Of a stretch of DNA of 64,000 nt, positions 1 to 15,000 are shown one piece after another. A model generated the notes under the pieces. The model worked only from the letters and a program-made list of their open reading frames with translations. It was not told the DNA's origin and ran no database searches. The stretch's first letter is position 1; each line of letters opens with the position of its first letter. The position numbers were made by a program, and so were the translations under genes. The DNA comes from Eledone cirrhosa (taxonomy: Eukaryota), in contig OZ024743.1 in assembly GCA_964016885.1 (NCBI GenBank), forward strand, positions 332,692,001-332,756,000, in the 5' to 3' direction.

Positions 1-3000
1 TAACACTGCCATAGAAAGCTGTACCTCAATATATTGTAACACTGCTGTAGGAAGCTGTACCTCAATATATTGTAACACTGCTGTAGGAAGCTGTACCTCA
101 ATATATTGTAACACTGCTGTAGGAAGCTGTACCTCAATATATTGAAACACTGCTGTAGGAAGCTGTACCTCAATATATTGTAACACTGCCATAGAAAGCT
201 GTACCTCAATATATTGTAACACTGCTGTAGGAAGCTGTACCTCAATATATTGTAACACTGCCATAGAAAGCTGTACCTCAATATATTGTAACACTGCTGT
301 AGGAAGCTGTACCTCAATATATTGTAACACTGCCATAGAAAGCTGTACCTCAATATATTGTAACACTGCTGCAGGAAGCTGTACCTCAATATATTGTAAC
401 ACTGCTGTAGGAAGCTGTACCTCAATATATTGTAACACTGCTGTAGGAAGCCGTACCTCAATATATTGTAACACTGCTGTAGGAAGCTGTACCTCAATAT
501 ATTGAAACACTGCTGTAGGAAGCTGTACCTCAATATATTGTAACACTGCCGTAGGAAGCTGTACCTCAATATATTGTAACACTGCTGTAGGAAGCTGTAC
601 CTCAATATATTGTAACACTGCTGTAGGAAGCTGTACCTCAATATATTGTAACACTGCTGTAGGAAGCTGTACCTCAATATATTGTAACACTGCTGTAGGA
701 AGCTGTACCTCAATATATTGTAACACTGCTGTAGGAAGCTGTACCTCAATATATTGTAACACTGCTGTAGGAAGCTGTACCTCAATATATTGTAACACTG
801 CCATAGAAAGCTGTACCTCAATATATTGTAATACTGCCATAGGAAGCTGTACCTCAATATATTGTAACACTGCCATAGGAAGATGTACCTCAATATATTG
901 TAACACTACTGTAGGAAGCTGTACCTCAATATATTGTAACACTACTGTAGGAAGCTGTACCTCAATATATTGTAACACTGCCATAGGAAGCTGTACCTCA
1001 ATATATCGTAACACTGCCGTAGGAAGCTCTACCTCAATATATTGTAACACTGCTGTAGAAAGCTGTACCTCAATATATAGTAACACTGCCATAGGAAGCT
1101 GTACCTCAATATATTGTAACACTGCCATAGAAAGCTGTACCTCAATATATTGTAACACTGCAGTAGGAAGCTGTACCTCAATATATTGTAACACTGCCAT
1201 AGAAAGCTGTACCTCAATATATTGTAACACTGCTGTAGGAAGCTGTACCTCAATATATTGAAACACTGCTGTAGGAAGCTGTACCTCAATATATTGTAAC
1301 ACTGCTGTAGGAAGCTGTACCTCAATATATTGTAACACTGCCATAGAAAGCTGTACCTCAATATATTGTAACACTGCTGTAGGAAGCTGTACCTCAATAT
1401 ATTGTAACACTGCTGTAGGAAGCTGTACCTCAATATATTGTAACACTGCCATAGAAAGCTGTACCTCAATATATTGTAACACTGCCATAGAAAGCTGTAC
1501 CTCAATATATTGTAACACTGCTGTAGGAAGCTGTACCTCAATATATTGTAACACTGCCATAGAAAGCTGTACCTCATTATATTGTAACACTGCCATAGAA
1601 AGCTGTACCTCAATATATTGTAACACTGCTGTAGGAAGCTGTACCTCAATATATTGTAACACTGCTGTAGGAAGCTGTACCTCAATATATTGTAACACTG
1701 CCATGGAAAGCTGTACCTCATTATATTGTAACACTGCCATAGAAAGCTGGACCTCAATATATTGTAACACTGCTGTAGGCAGCTGTACCTCAATATATTG
1801 TAACACTGCCATAGAAAGCTGTACCTCATTATATTGTAACACTGCCATAGAAAGCTGTACCTCAATATATTGTAACTCTGCCATAGAAAGCTTTACCTCA
1901 ATATATTGTAACACTGCCATAGAAAGCTGTACCTCAATATATTGTAACACTGCAGTAGGAAGCTGTACCTCAATATATTGTAACACTGCCATAGAAAGCT
2001 GTACCTCGATATATTGTAACACTGCTGTAGGAAGCTGTACCTCAATATATTGTAACACTGCTGTAGGAAGCTGTACCTCAATATATTGTAACACTGCTGT
2101 AGGAAGCTGTACCTCAATATATTGAAACACTGCTGTAGGAAGCTATACCTCAATATATTTTAACACTGCCATAGGAAGCTGTACCTCAATATATTGTAAC
2201 ACTGCCATAGGAAGCTGTACCTCAATATATTGTAACACTGCTGTAGGAAGCTGTACCTCAATATATTGTAACACTGCCATAGAAAGCTGTACCTCGAGAT
2301 ATCCCAACACTGCTGTAGGAAGCTGTACCTCGAGATATCCCAACACTGCTGTAGGAAGCTGTACCTCAATATATTGTAACACTGCTGTATGAAGCTGTAC
2401 CTCAATATATTGTAACACTGCCATAGAAAGCTGTACCTCAATATTTTGTAACACTGCCATAAAAAACTGTACCTCAATATATTGTAACACTGCTATAGGA
2501 AGCTGTACCTCAATATATTGTAACACTGCTGTAGGAAGCTGTACCTCAATATATTGTAACACTGCCATAGAAAGCTGTACCTCATTATATTGTAACACTG
2601 CCATAGAAAGCTGTACCTCAATATATTGTAACACTGCTGTAGGAAGCTGTACCTCAATATATTGTAACACTGCTGTAGGAAGCTGGACCTCAATATATTG
2701 TAACACTGCCATAGAAAGCTGGACCTCAATATATTGTAACACTGCTGTAGGAAGCTGTACCTCAATATATTGTAACACTGCCATAGAAAGCTATACCTCA
2801 TTATATTGTAACACTGCCATAGAAAGCTGTACCTCAATATATTGTAACACTGCCATAGAAAGCTGTACCTCAATATATTGTAACACTGCCATAGAAAGCT
2901 GTACCTCAATATATTGTAACACTGCTATAGGAAGCTGTACCTCAATATATTGTAACACTGCTGTAGGAAGCTGTACCTCAATATATTGTAACACTGCTGT

Positions 3001-6000
3001 AGGAAGCTGTACCTCAATATATTGTAACACTGCCATAGAAAGCTGTACCTCAATATATTGCAACACTGCTGTAGGAAGCTGTACCTCAATATATTGAAAC
3101 ACTGCTGTAGGAAGCTGTACCTCAATATATTGTAACACTGCCATAGAAAGCTGTACCTCAATATATTGTAACACTGCTGTAGGAAGCTGTACCTCAATAT
3201 ATTGTAACACTGCCATAGAAAGCTGTACCTCAATATATTGAAACACTGCTGTAGGAAGCTGTACCTCAATATATTGAAACACTGCTGTAGGAAGCTGTAC
3301 CTCAATATATTGAAACACTGCTGTAGGAAGCTGTACCTCAATATATTGAAACACTGCTGTAGGAAGCTGTACCTCAATATATTGTAACACTGCCATAGAA
3401 AGCTGTACCTCAATATATTGTAACACTGCTGTAGGAAGCTGTACCTCAATATATTGTAACACTACCATAGAAAGCTGTACCTCAATATATTGTAACACTG
3501 CTGTAGGAAGCTGTACCTCAATATATTGTAACACTGCCATAGAAAGCTGTACCTCAATATATTGTAACACTGCCATAGAAAGCTGTACCTCAATATATTG
3601 TAACACTGCCATAGGAAGCTGTACGTCAATATATTGTAACACTGCCATAGGAAGCTGTACCTCAATATATTGTAACACTGCTGTAGGAAGCTGTACCTCA
3701 ATATATTGTAACACTACTATAGGAAGCTGTACCTCAATATATTGTAACACTGCCATAGGAAGCTGTACCTCAATATATTGTAACACTGCTGTAGGAAGCT
3801 GTACCTCAATATATTGTAACACTGCTGTAGGAAGCTCTACCTCAATATATTGTAACACTGCTGTAGAAAGCTGTACCTCAATATATAGTGACACTGCCAT
3901 AGGAAGCTGTACCTCAATATATAGTAACACTACCATAGGAAGCTGTACCTCAACATATAGTAACACTACCATAGGAAGCTGTACCTCAATATATTGTAAC
4001 ACTGCCATAGGAAGCTGTACCTCAATATATTGTAACACTGCCATAGGAAGCTGTACCTCAATATATTGTAACACTGCCAAAGGAAGCTGTAGCTCAATAT
4101 ATTGTAACACTGCTGTAGGAAGCTGTAGCTCAATATATTGTAACACTGCTGTAGGAAGCTGTACCTCAATATATTGTAACACTGCTGTAGGAAGCTCTAC
4201 CTCAATATATTGTAACACTGCTGTAGAAAGCTGTACCTCAATATATAGTAACACTGCCATAGAAAGCTCTACCTCAATATATTGTAACACTGCTGTAGGA
4301 AGCTGTACCTCAATATATTGTAACACTGCTGTAGGAAGCTGTACCTCGAGATATCCCAACACTGCTGTAGGAAGCTGTACCTCGAGATATCCCAACACTA
4401 CTGTAGGAAGCTGTACCTCAATATATTGTAACACTGCTGTAGGAAGCTGTACCTCAATATATTGTAACACTGCCATAGAAAGCTGTACCTCAATATATTG
4501 TAACACTGCCATAGAAAGCTGTACCTCAATATATTGTAACACTGCCATAGAAAGCTGTACCTCAATATATTGTAACACTGCCATAGGAAGCTGTACCTCA
4601 ATATATTGTGACACTGCCATAGGAAGCTGTACCTCAATATATTGTAACACTGCTGTAGGAAGCTGTACCTCAATATATTGTAACACTGCTGTAGGAAGCT
4701 CTACCTCAATATATTGTAACACTGCTGTAGGAAGCTCTACCTCAATATATTGTAACACTGCTGTAGGAAGCTCTACCTCAATATATTGTAACACTGCTGT
4801 AGGAAGCTCTACCTCAATATATTGTAACACTGCTGTAGGTAGCTGTACCTCGAGATATCCCAACACTACTGTAGGAAGCTGTACCTCGAGATATCCAACA
4901 CTACTGTAGGAAGCTGTACCTCGAAATATCCCAACACTACTGTAGGAAGCTGTACCTCAATATATCCTAACACTACTGTAGGAAGCTGTACCTCAATATA
5001 TTGTAACACTGCTGTAGGAAGCTGTACCTCAATATATTGTAACACTGCCATAGAAAGCTGTACCTCAATATATTGTAACACTGCCATAGAAAGCTGTACC
5101 TCAATATATTGTAACACTGCCATAGAAAGCTGTACCTCAATATATTGTAACACTGCCATAGGAAGCTGTACCTCAATATATTGTAACACTGCCATAGGAA
5201 GCTGTACCTCAATATATTGTAACACTGCTGTAGGAAGCTGTACCTCAATATATTGTAACACTACTGTTGGAAGCTGTACCTCAATATATTGTAACACTGC
5301 TGTAGGAAGCTGTACCTCAATTTATTGTAACACTGCCGTAGAAAGCTGTACCTCAATATATTGTAACACTGCTGTAGGAAGCTCTACCTCAATATATTGT
5401 AACACTGCTGTAGAAAGCTGTACCTCAATATATAGTAACACTGCCATAGGAAGCTGTACCTCAATATATAGTAACACTACCATAGGAAGCTGTACCTCAA
5501 TATATTGTAACACTGCCATAGGAAGCTGTACCTCAATATATTGTAACACTGCTGTAGGAAGCTGTAGCTCAATATATTGTAACACTGCTGTAAGAAGCTG
5601 TACCTCAATATATTGTAACACTGCTGTAGAAAGCTGTACCTCAATATATAGTAACACTGCCATAGAAAGCTCTACCTCAATATATTGTAACACTGCTGTA
5701 GGAAGCTGTACCTCGAGATATCCCAACACTGCTGTAGGAAGCTGTACCTCGAGATATCCCAACACTGCTGTAGGAAGCTGTACCTCGAGATATCCCAACA
5801 CTGCTGTAGGAAGCTGTACCTCAATATATTGTAACACTGCTGTAGGAAGCTGTACCTCAATATATTGTAACACTGCTGTATGAAGCTGTACCTCAATATA
5901 TTGTAACACTGCCATAGAAAGCTGTACCTCAATATTTTGTAACACTGCCATAGAAAGCTGTACCTCAATATATTGTAACACTGCTGTAGGAAGCTGTACC

Positions 6001-9000
6001 TCAATATATTGTAACACTGCCATAGAAAGCTGGACCTCAATATATTGTAACACTGCTGTAGGAAGCTGTACCTCAATATATTGTAACACTGCCATAGAAA
6101 GCTATACCTCATTATATTGTAACACTGCCATAGAAAGCTGTACCTCAATATATTGTAACACTGCCATAGAAAGCTGTACCTCAATATATTGTAACACTGC
6201 CATAGAAAGCTGTACCTCAATATATTGTAACACTGCTGTAGGAAGCTGTACCTCAATATATTGTAACACTGCTGTAGGAAGCTGTACCTCAATATATTGT
6301 AACACTGCTGTAGGAAGCTGTACCTCAATATATTGTAACACTGCCATAGAAAGCTGTACCTCAATATATTGTAACACTGCTGTAGGAAGCTGTACCTCAA
6401 TATATTGTAACACTGCTGTAGGAAGCTGTACCTCAATATATTGAAACACTGCTGTAGGAAGCTGTACCTCAATATATTGTAACACTGCCATAGAAAGCTG
6501 TACCTCAATATATTGTAACACTGCTGTAGGAAGCTGTACCTCAATATATTGTAACACTGCCATAGAAAGCAGTACCTCAATATATTGTAACACTGCTGTA
6601 GGAAGCTGTACCTCAATATATTGAAACACTGCTGTAGGAAGCTGTACCTCAATATATTGAAACACTGCTGTAGGAAGCTGTACCTCAATATATTGTAACA
6701 CTGCCATAGAAAGCTGTACCTCAATATATTGTAACACTGCTGTAGGAAGCTGTACCTCAATATATTGTAACACTACCATAGAAAGCTGTACCTCAATATA
6801 TTGTAACACTGCTGTAGGAAGCTGTACCTCAATATATTGTAACACTGCCATAGAAAGCTGTACCTCAATATATTGTAACACTGCCATAGAAAGCTGTACC
6901 TCAATATATTGTAACACTGCCATAGGAAGCTGTACCTCAATATATTGTAACACTGCTGTAGGAAGCTGTACCTCAATATATTGTAACACTACTATAGGAA
7001 GCTGTACCTCAATATATTGTAACACTGCCATAGGAAGCTGTACCTCAATATATTGTAACACTGCTGTAGGAAGCTGTACCTCAATATATTGTAACACTAC
7101 TATAGGAAGCTGTACCTCAATATATTGTAACACTGCCATAGGAAGCTGTACCTCAATATATTGTAACACTGCTGTAGGAAGCTGTACCTCAATATATTGT
7201 AACACTGCTGTAGGAAGCTGTACCTCAATATATTGTAACACTGCTGTAGGAAGCTGTACCTCAATATATTGTAACACAGCTGTAGAAAGCTGTACCTCAA
7301 TATATAGTAACACTGCCATAGGAAGCTGTACCTCAATATATAGTCACACTACCATAGGAAGCTGTACCTCAACATATAGTAACACTACCATAGGAAGCTG
7401 TACCTCAATATATTGTAACACTGCCATAGGAAGCTGTACCTCAATATATTGTAACACTGCCATAGGAAGCTGTACCTCAATATATTGTAACACTGCCATA
7501 GGAAGCTGTACCTCAATATATTGTAACACTGCTGTAGGAAGCTGTAGCTCAATATATTGTAACACTGCTGTAGGAAGCTGTAGCTCAATATATTGTAACA
7601 CTGCTGTAGAAAGCTGTACCTCAATATATTGTAACACTGCTGTAGGAAGCTCTACCTCAATATATTGTAACACTGCTGTAGAAAGCTGTACCTCAATATA
7701 TTGTAACACTGCCATAGAAAGCTCTACCTCAATATATTGTAACACTGCTGTAGGAAGCTGTACCTCAATATATTGTAACACTGCTGTAGGAAGCTGTACC
7801 TCAATATATTGTAACACTGCTGTAGGAAGCTGTACCTCGAGATATCCCAACACTACTGTAGGAAGCTGTACCTCAATATATTGTAACACTGCTGTAGGAA
7901 GCTGTACCTCAATATATTGTAACACTGCCATAGAAAGCTGTACCTCAATATATTGTAACACTGCCATAGAAAGCTGTACCTCAATATATTGTAACACTGC
8001 CATAGAAAGCTGTACCTCAATATATTGTAACACTGCCATAGGAAGCTGTACCTCAATATATTGTAACACTGCCATAGGAAGCTGTACCTCAATATATTGT
8101 AACACTGCTGTAGGAAGCTGTAGCTCAATATATTGTAACACTGCTGTAGGAAGCTGTACCTCAATATATTGTAACACTGCTGTAGGAAGCTCTACCTCAA
8201 TATATTGTAACACTGCTGTAGGAAGCTCTACCTCAATATATTGTAACACTGCTGTAGGTAGCTGTACCTCAAGATATCCCAACACTACTGTAGGAAGCTG
8301 TACCTCGAGATATCCAACACTACTGTAGGAAGCTGTACCTCGAAATATCCCAACACTACTGTAGGAAGCTGTACCTCAATATATCCTAACACTACTGTAG
8401 GAAGCTGTACCTCAATATATTGTAACACTACTGTAGGAAGCTGTACCTCAATATATTGTAACACTGCTGTAGGAAGCTGTACCTCAATATATTGAAACAC
8501 TGCTGTAGGAAGCTATACCTCAATATATTGAAACACTGCTGTAGGAAGCTGTACCTCAATATATTGTAACACTGCCATAGAAAGCTGTACCTCAATATAT
8601 TGTAACACTGCTGTAGGAAGCTGTACCTCAATATATTGTAACACTACCATAGAAAGCTGTACCTCAATATATTGTAACACTGCTGTAGGAAGCTGTACCT
8701 CAATATATTGTAACACTGCCATAGAAAGCTGTACCTCAATATATTGTAACACTGCCATAGGAAGCTGTACCTCAATATATTGTAACACTGCCATAGGAAG
8801 CTGTACGTCAATATATTGTAACACTGCTGTAGGAAGCTGTACCTCAATATATTGTAACACTACTATAGGAAGCTGTACCTCAATATATTGTAACACTGCC
8901 ATAGGAAGCTGTACCTCAATATATTGTAACACTGCTGTAGGAAGCTGTACCTCAATATATTGTAACACTGCTGTAGGAAGCTGTACCTCAATATATTGTA

Positions 9001-12000
9001 ACACTGCTGTAGGAAGCTGTACCTCAATATATTGTAACACAGCTGTAGAAAGCTGTACCTCAATATATAGTAACACTGCCATAGGAAGCTGTACCTCAAT
9101 ATATAGTCACACTACCATAGGAAGCTGTACCTCAACATATAGTAACACTACCATAGGAAGCTGTACCTCAATATATTGTAACACTGCCATAGGAAGCTGT
9201 ACCTCAATATATTGTAACACTGCCATAGGAAGCTGTACCTCAATATATTGTAACACTGCTGTAGGAAGCTGTAGCTCAATATATTGTAACACTGCTGTAG
9301 GAAGCTGTAGCTCAATATATTGTAACACTGCTGTAGGAAGCTGTACCTCAATATATTGTAACACTGCTGTAGGAAGCTCTACCTCAATATATTGTAACAC
9401 TGCTGTAGAAAGCTGTACCTCAATATATTGTAACACTGCCATAGAAAGCTCTACCTCAATATATTGTAACACTGCTGTAGGAAGCTGTACCTCAATATAT
9501 TGTAACACTGCTGTAGGAAGCTGTACCTCAATATATTGTAACACTGCTGTAGGAAGCTGTACCTCGAGATATCCCAACACTACTGTAGGAAGCTGTACCT
9601 CAATATATTGTAACACTGCTGTAGGAAGCTGTACCTCAATATATTGTAACACTGCCATAGAAAGCTGTACCTCAATATATTGTAACACTGACATAGAAAG
9701 CTGTACCTCAATATATTGTAACACTGCCATAGAAAGCTGTACCTCAATATATTGTAACACTGCCATAGGAAGCTGTACCTCAATATATTGTAACACTGCC
9801 ATAGGAAGCTGTACCTCAATATATTGTAACACTGCTGTAGGAAGCTGTAGCTCAATATATTGTAACACTGCTGTAGGAAGCTGTACCTCAATATATTGTA
9901 ACACTGCTGTAGGAAGCTCTACCTCAATATATTGTAACACTGCTGTAGGAAGCTCTACCTCAATATATTGTAACACTGCTGTAGGTAGCTGTACCTCGAG
10001 ATATCCCAACACTACTGTAGGAAGCTGTACCTCGAGATATCCAACACTACTGTAGGAAGCTGTACCTCGAAATATCCCAACACTACTGTAGGAAGCTGTA
10101 CCTCAATATATCCTAACACTACTGTAGGAAGCTGTACCTCAATATATTGTAACACTGCTGTAGGAAGCTGTACCTCAATATATTGTAACACTGCCATAGA
10201 AAGCTGTACCTCAATATATTGTAACACTGCCATAGAAAGCTGTACCTCAATATATTGTAACACTGCCATAGAAAGCTGTACCTCAATATATTGTAACACT
10301 GCCATAGGAAGCTGTACCTCAATATATTGTAACACTGCTGTAGGAAGCTGTACCTCAATATATTGTAACACTACTGTTGGAAGCTGTACCTCAATATATT
10401 GTAACACTACTGTTGGAAGCTGTACCTCAATATATTGTAACACTGCTGTAGGAAGCTGTACCTCAATTTATTGTAACACTGCCGTAGAAAGCTCTACCTC
10501 AATATATTGTAACACTGCTGTAGGAAGCTCTACCTCAATATATTGTAACACTGCTGTAGAAAGCTGTACCTCAATATATAGTAACACTGCCATAGGAAGC
10601 TGTACCTCAATATATAGTAACACTACCATAGGAAGCTGTACCTCAATATATTGTAACACTGCCATAGGAAGCTGTACCTCAATATATTGTAACACTGCCA
10701 TAGGAAGCTGTACCTCAATATATTGTAACACTGCCAAAGGGAGCTGTAGCTCAATATATTGTAACACTGCTGTAGGAAGCTGTAGCTCAATATATTGTAA
10801 CACTGCTGTAAGAAGCTGTACCTCAATATATTGTAACACTGCTGTAGGAAGCTGTACCTCAATATATTGTAACACTGCCATAGAAAGCTGGACCTCAATA
10901 TATTGTAACACTGCTGTAGGAAGCTGTACCTCAATATATTGTAACACTGCCATATAAAGCTATACCTCATTATATTGTAACACTGCCATAGAAAGCTGTA
11001 CCTCAATATATTGTAACACTGCCATAGAAAGCTGTACCTCAATATATTGTAACACTGCCATAGAAAGCTGTACCTCAATATATTGTAACACTGCTGTAGG
11101 AAGCTGTACCTCAATATATTGTAACACTGCTGTAGGAAGCTGTACCTCAATATATTGTAACACTGCCATAGAAAGCTGTACCTCAATATATTGTAACACT
11201 GCCATAGAAAGCTGTACCTCAATATATTTTAACACTGCCATAGAAAGCTGTACCTCAATATATTTTAACACTGCTGTAGGAAGCTGTATCTCAATATATT
11301 GTAACACTGCTGTAGGAAGCTGTACCTCAATATATTGTAACACTGCTGTAGGAAGCTGTACCTCAATATATTGAAACACTGCTGTAGGAAGCTGTACCTC
11401 AATATATTGTAACACTGCCATAGAAAGCTGTACCTCAATATATTGTAACACTGCCATAGAAAGCTGTACCTCAATATATTGTAACACTGCTGTAGGAAGC
11501 TGTACCTCAATATATTGTAACACTACCATAGAAAGCTGTACCTCAATATATTGTAACACTGCTATAGGAAGCTGTACCTCAATATATTGTAACACTGCCA
11601 TAGAAAGCAGTACCTCAATATATTGTAACACTGCTGTAGGAAGCTGTACCTCAATATATTGAAACACTGCTGTAGGAAGCTGTACCTCAATATATTGAAA
11701 CACTGCTGTAGGAAGCTGTACCTCAATATATTGTAACACTGCCATAGAAAGCTGTACCTCAATATATTGTAACACTGCTGTAGGAAGCTGTACCTCAATA
11801 TATTGTAACACTACCATAGAAAGCTGTACCTCAATATATTGTAACACTGCTGTAGGAAGCTGTACCTCAATATATTGTAACACTGCCATAGAAAGCTGTA
11901 CCTCAATATATTGTAACACTGCCATAGAAAGCTGTACCTCAATATATTGTAACACTGCCATAGGAAGCTGTACGTCAATATATTGTAACACTGCCATAGG

Positions 12001-15000
12001 AAGCTGTACCTCAATATATTGTAACACTGCTGTAGGAAGCTGTACCTCAATATATTGTAACACTACTATAGGAAGCTGTACCTCAATATATTGTAACACT
12101 GCCATAGGAAGCTGTACCTCAATATATTGTAACACTGCTGTAGGAAGCTGTACCTCAATATATTGTAACACTGCTGTAGGAAGCTGTACCTCAATATATT
12201 GTAACACTGCTGTAGAAAGCTGTACCTCAATATATAGTAACACTACCATAGGAAGCTGTACCTCAACATATAGTAACACTACCATAGGAAGCTGTACCTC
12301 AATATATTGTAACACTGCCATAGGAAGCTGTACCTCAATATATTGTAACACTGCCATAGGAAGCTGTACCTCAATATATTGTAACACTGCTGTAGGAAGC
12401 TGTAGCTCAATATATTGTAACACTGCTGTAGGAAGCTGTAGCTCAATATATTGTAACACTGCTGTAGGAAGCTGTACCTCAATATATTGTAACACTGCTG
12501 TAGGAAGCTCTACCTCAATATATTGTAACACTGCTGTAGAAAGCTGTACCTCAATATATTGTAACACTGCCATAGAAAGCTCTACCTCAATATATTGTAA
12601 CACTGCTGTAGGAAGCTGTACCTCAATATATTGTAACACTGCTGTAGGAAGCTGTACCTCGAGATATCCCAACACTGCTGTAGGAAGCTGTACCTCGAGA
12701 TATCCCAAGACTACTGTAGGAAGCTGTACCTCAATATATTGTAACACTGCTGTAGGAAGCTGTACCTCAATATATTGTAACACTGCCATAGAAAGCTGTA
12801 CCTCAATATATTGTAACACTGCCATAGAAAGCTATACCTCAATATATTGTAACACTGCCATAGAAAGCTGTACCTCAATATATTGTAACACTGCCATAGG
12901 AAGCTGTACCTCAATATATTGTAACACTGCCATAGGAAGCTGTACCTCAATATATTGTAACACTGCTGTAGGAAGCTGTAGCTCAATATATTGTAACACT
13001 GCTGTAGGAAGCTGTACCTCAATATATTGTAACACTGCTGTAGGAAGCTGTACCTCAATATATTGTAACACTGCTGTAGGAAGCTCTACCTCAATATATT
13101 GTAACACTGCTGTAGGAAGCTCTACCTCAATATATTGTAACACTGCTGTAGGAAGCTGTACCTCAATATATTGTAACACTGCTGTAGGAAGCTGTACCTC
13201 AATATATTGAAACACTGCTGTAGGAAGCTGTACCTCAATATATTGTAACACTGCCATAGAAAGCTGTACCTCAATATATTGTAACACTGCCATAGAAAGC
13301 TGTACCTCATTATATTGTAACACTGCCATAGAAAGCTGTACCTCAATATATTGTAACACTGCTGTAGGAAGCTGTACCTCAATATATTGTAACACTGCTG
13401 TAGGAAGCTGTACCTCAATATATTGTAACACTGCCGTAGAAAGCTGTACCTCAATATATTGTAACACTGCTGTAGGAAGCTGTACCTCAATATATTGTAA
13501 CACTGCTGTAGGAAGCTGTACCTCAATATATTGTAACACTGCCGTAGAAAGCTGTACCTCAATATATTGTAACACTGCTGTAGGAAGCTCTACCTCAATA
13601 TATTGTAACACTGCTGTAGAAAGCTGTACCTCAATATATAGTAACACTGCCATAGGAAGCTGTACCTCAATATATTGTAACACTGCCATAGAAAGCTGTA
13701 CCTCATTATATTGTAACACTGCCATAGAAAGCTGTACCTCAATATATTGTAACACTGCTGTAGGAAGCTGTACCTCAATATATTGTAACACTGCTGTAGG
13801 AAGCTGTACCTCAATATATTGTAACACTGCTGTAGGAAGCTGTACCTCAATATATTGTAACACTGCTGTAGGAAGCTGTACATCAATATATTGTAACACT
13901 GCTGTAGGAAGCTGTACCTCAATATATTGTAACACTGCTGTAGGAAGCTCTACCTCAATATATTGTAACACTGCTGTAGAAAGCTGTACCTCAATATATA
14001 GTAACACTGCCATAGAAAGCTCTACCTCAATATATTGTAACACTGCTGTAGGAAGCTGTACCTCAATATATTGTAACACTGCTGTAGGAAGCTGTACCTC
14101 GAGATATCCCAACACTGCTGTAGGAAGCTGTACCTCGAGATATCCCAACACTACTGTAGGAAGCTGTACCTCGAGATATCCCAACACTACTGTAGGAAGC
14201 TGTACCTCGAGATATCCCAACACTACTGTAGGAAGCTGTACCTCAATATATCCCAACACTACTGTAGGAAGCTATACCTCAATATATTTTAACACTGCCA
14301 TAGGAAGCTGTACCTCAATATATTGTAACACTGCCATAGGAAGCTGTACCTCAATATATTGTAACACTGCTGTAGGAAGCTGTACCTCAATATATTGTAA
14401 CACTGCCATAGAAAGCTGTACCTCAATATATTGAAACCCTGCTGTAGGAAGCTGTACCTCAATATATTGTAACACTGCCATAGAAAGCTGTACCTCAATA
14501 TATTGTAACACTGCTGTAGGAAGCTGTACCTCAATATATTGTAACACTGCTGTATGAAGCTGTACCTCAATATATTGTAACACTGCCATAGAAAGCTGTA
14601 CCTCAATATTTTGTAACACTGCCATAGAAAGCTGTACCTCAATATATTGTAACACTGCTATAGGAAGCTGTACCTCAATATATTGTAACACTGCTGTAGG
14701 AAGCTGTACCTCAATATATTGTAACACTGCCATAGAAAGCTGTACCTCATTATATTGTAACACTGCCATAGAAAGCTGTACCTCAATATATTGTAACACT
14801 GCTGTAGGAAGCTGTACCTCAATATATTGTAACACTGCTGTAGGAAGCTGTACCTCAATATATTGTAACACTGCCATAGAAAGCTGGACCTCAATATATT
14901 GTAACACTGCTGTAGGAAGCTGTACCTCAATATATTGTAACACTGCCATAGAAAGCTGTACCTCAATATATTGTAACTCTGCCATAGAAAGCTGTACCTC

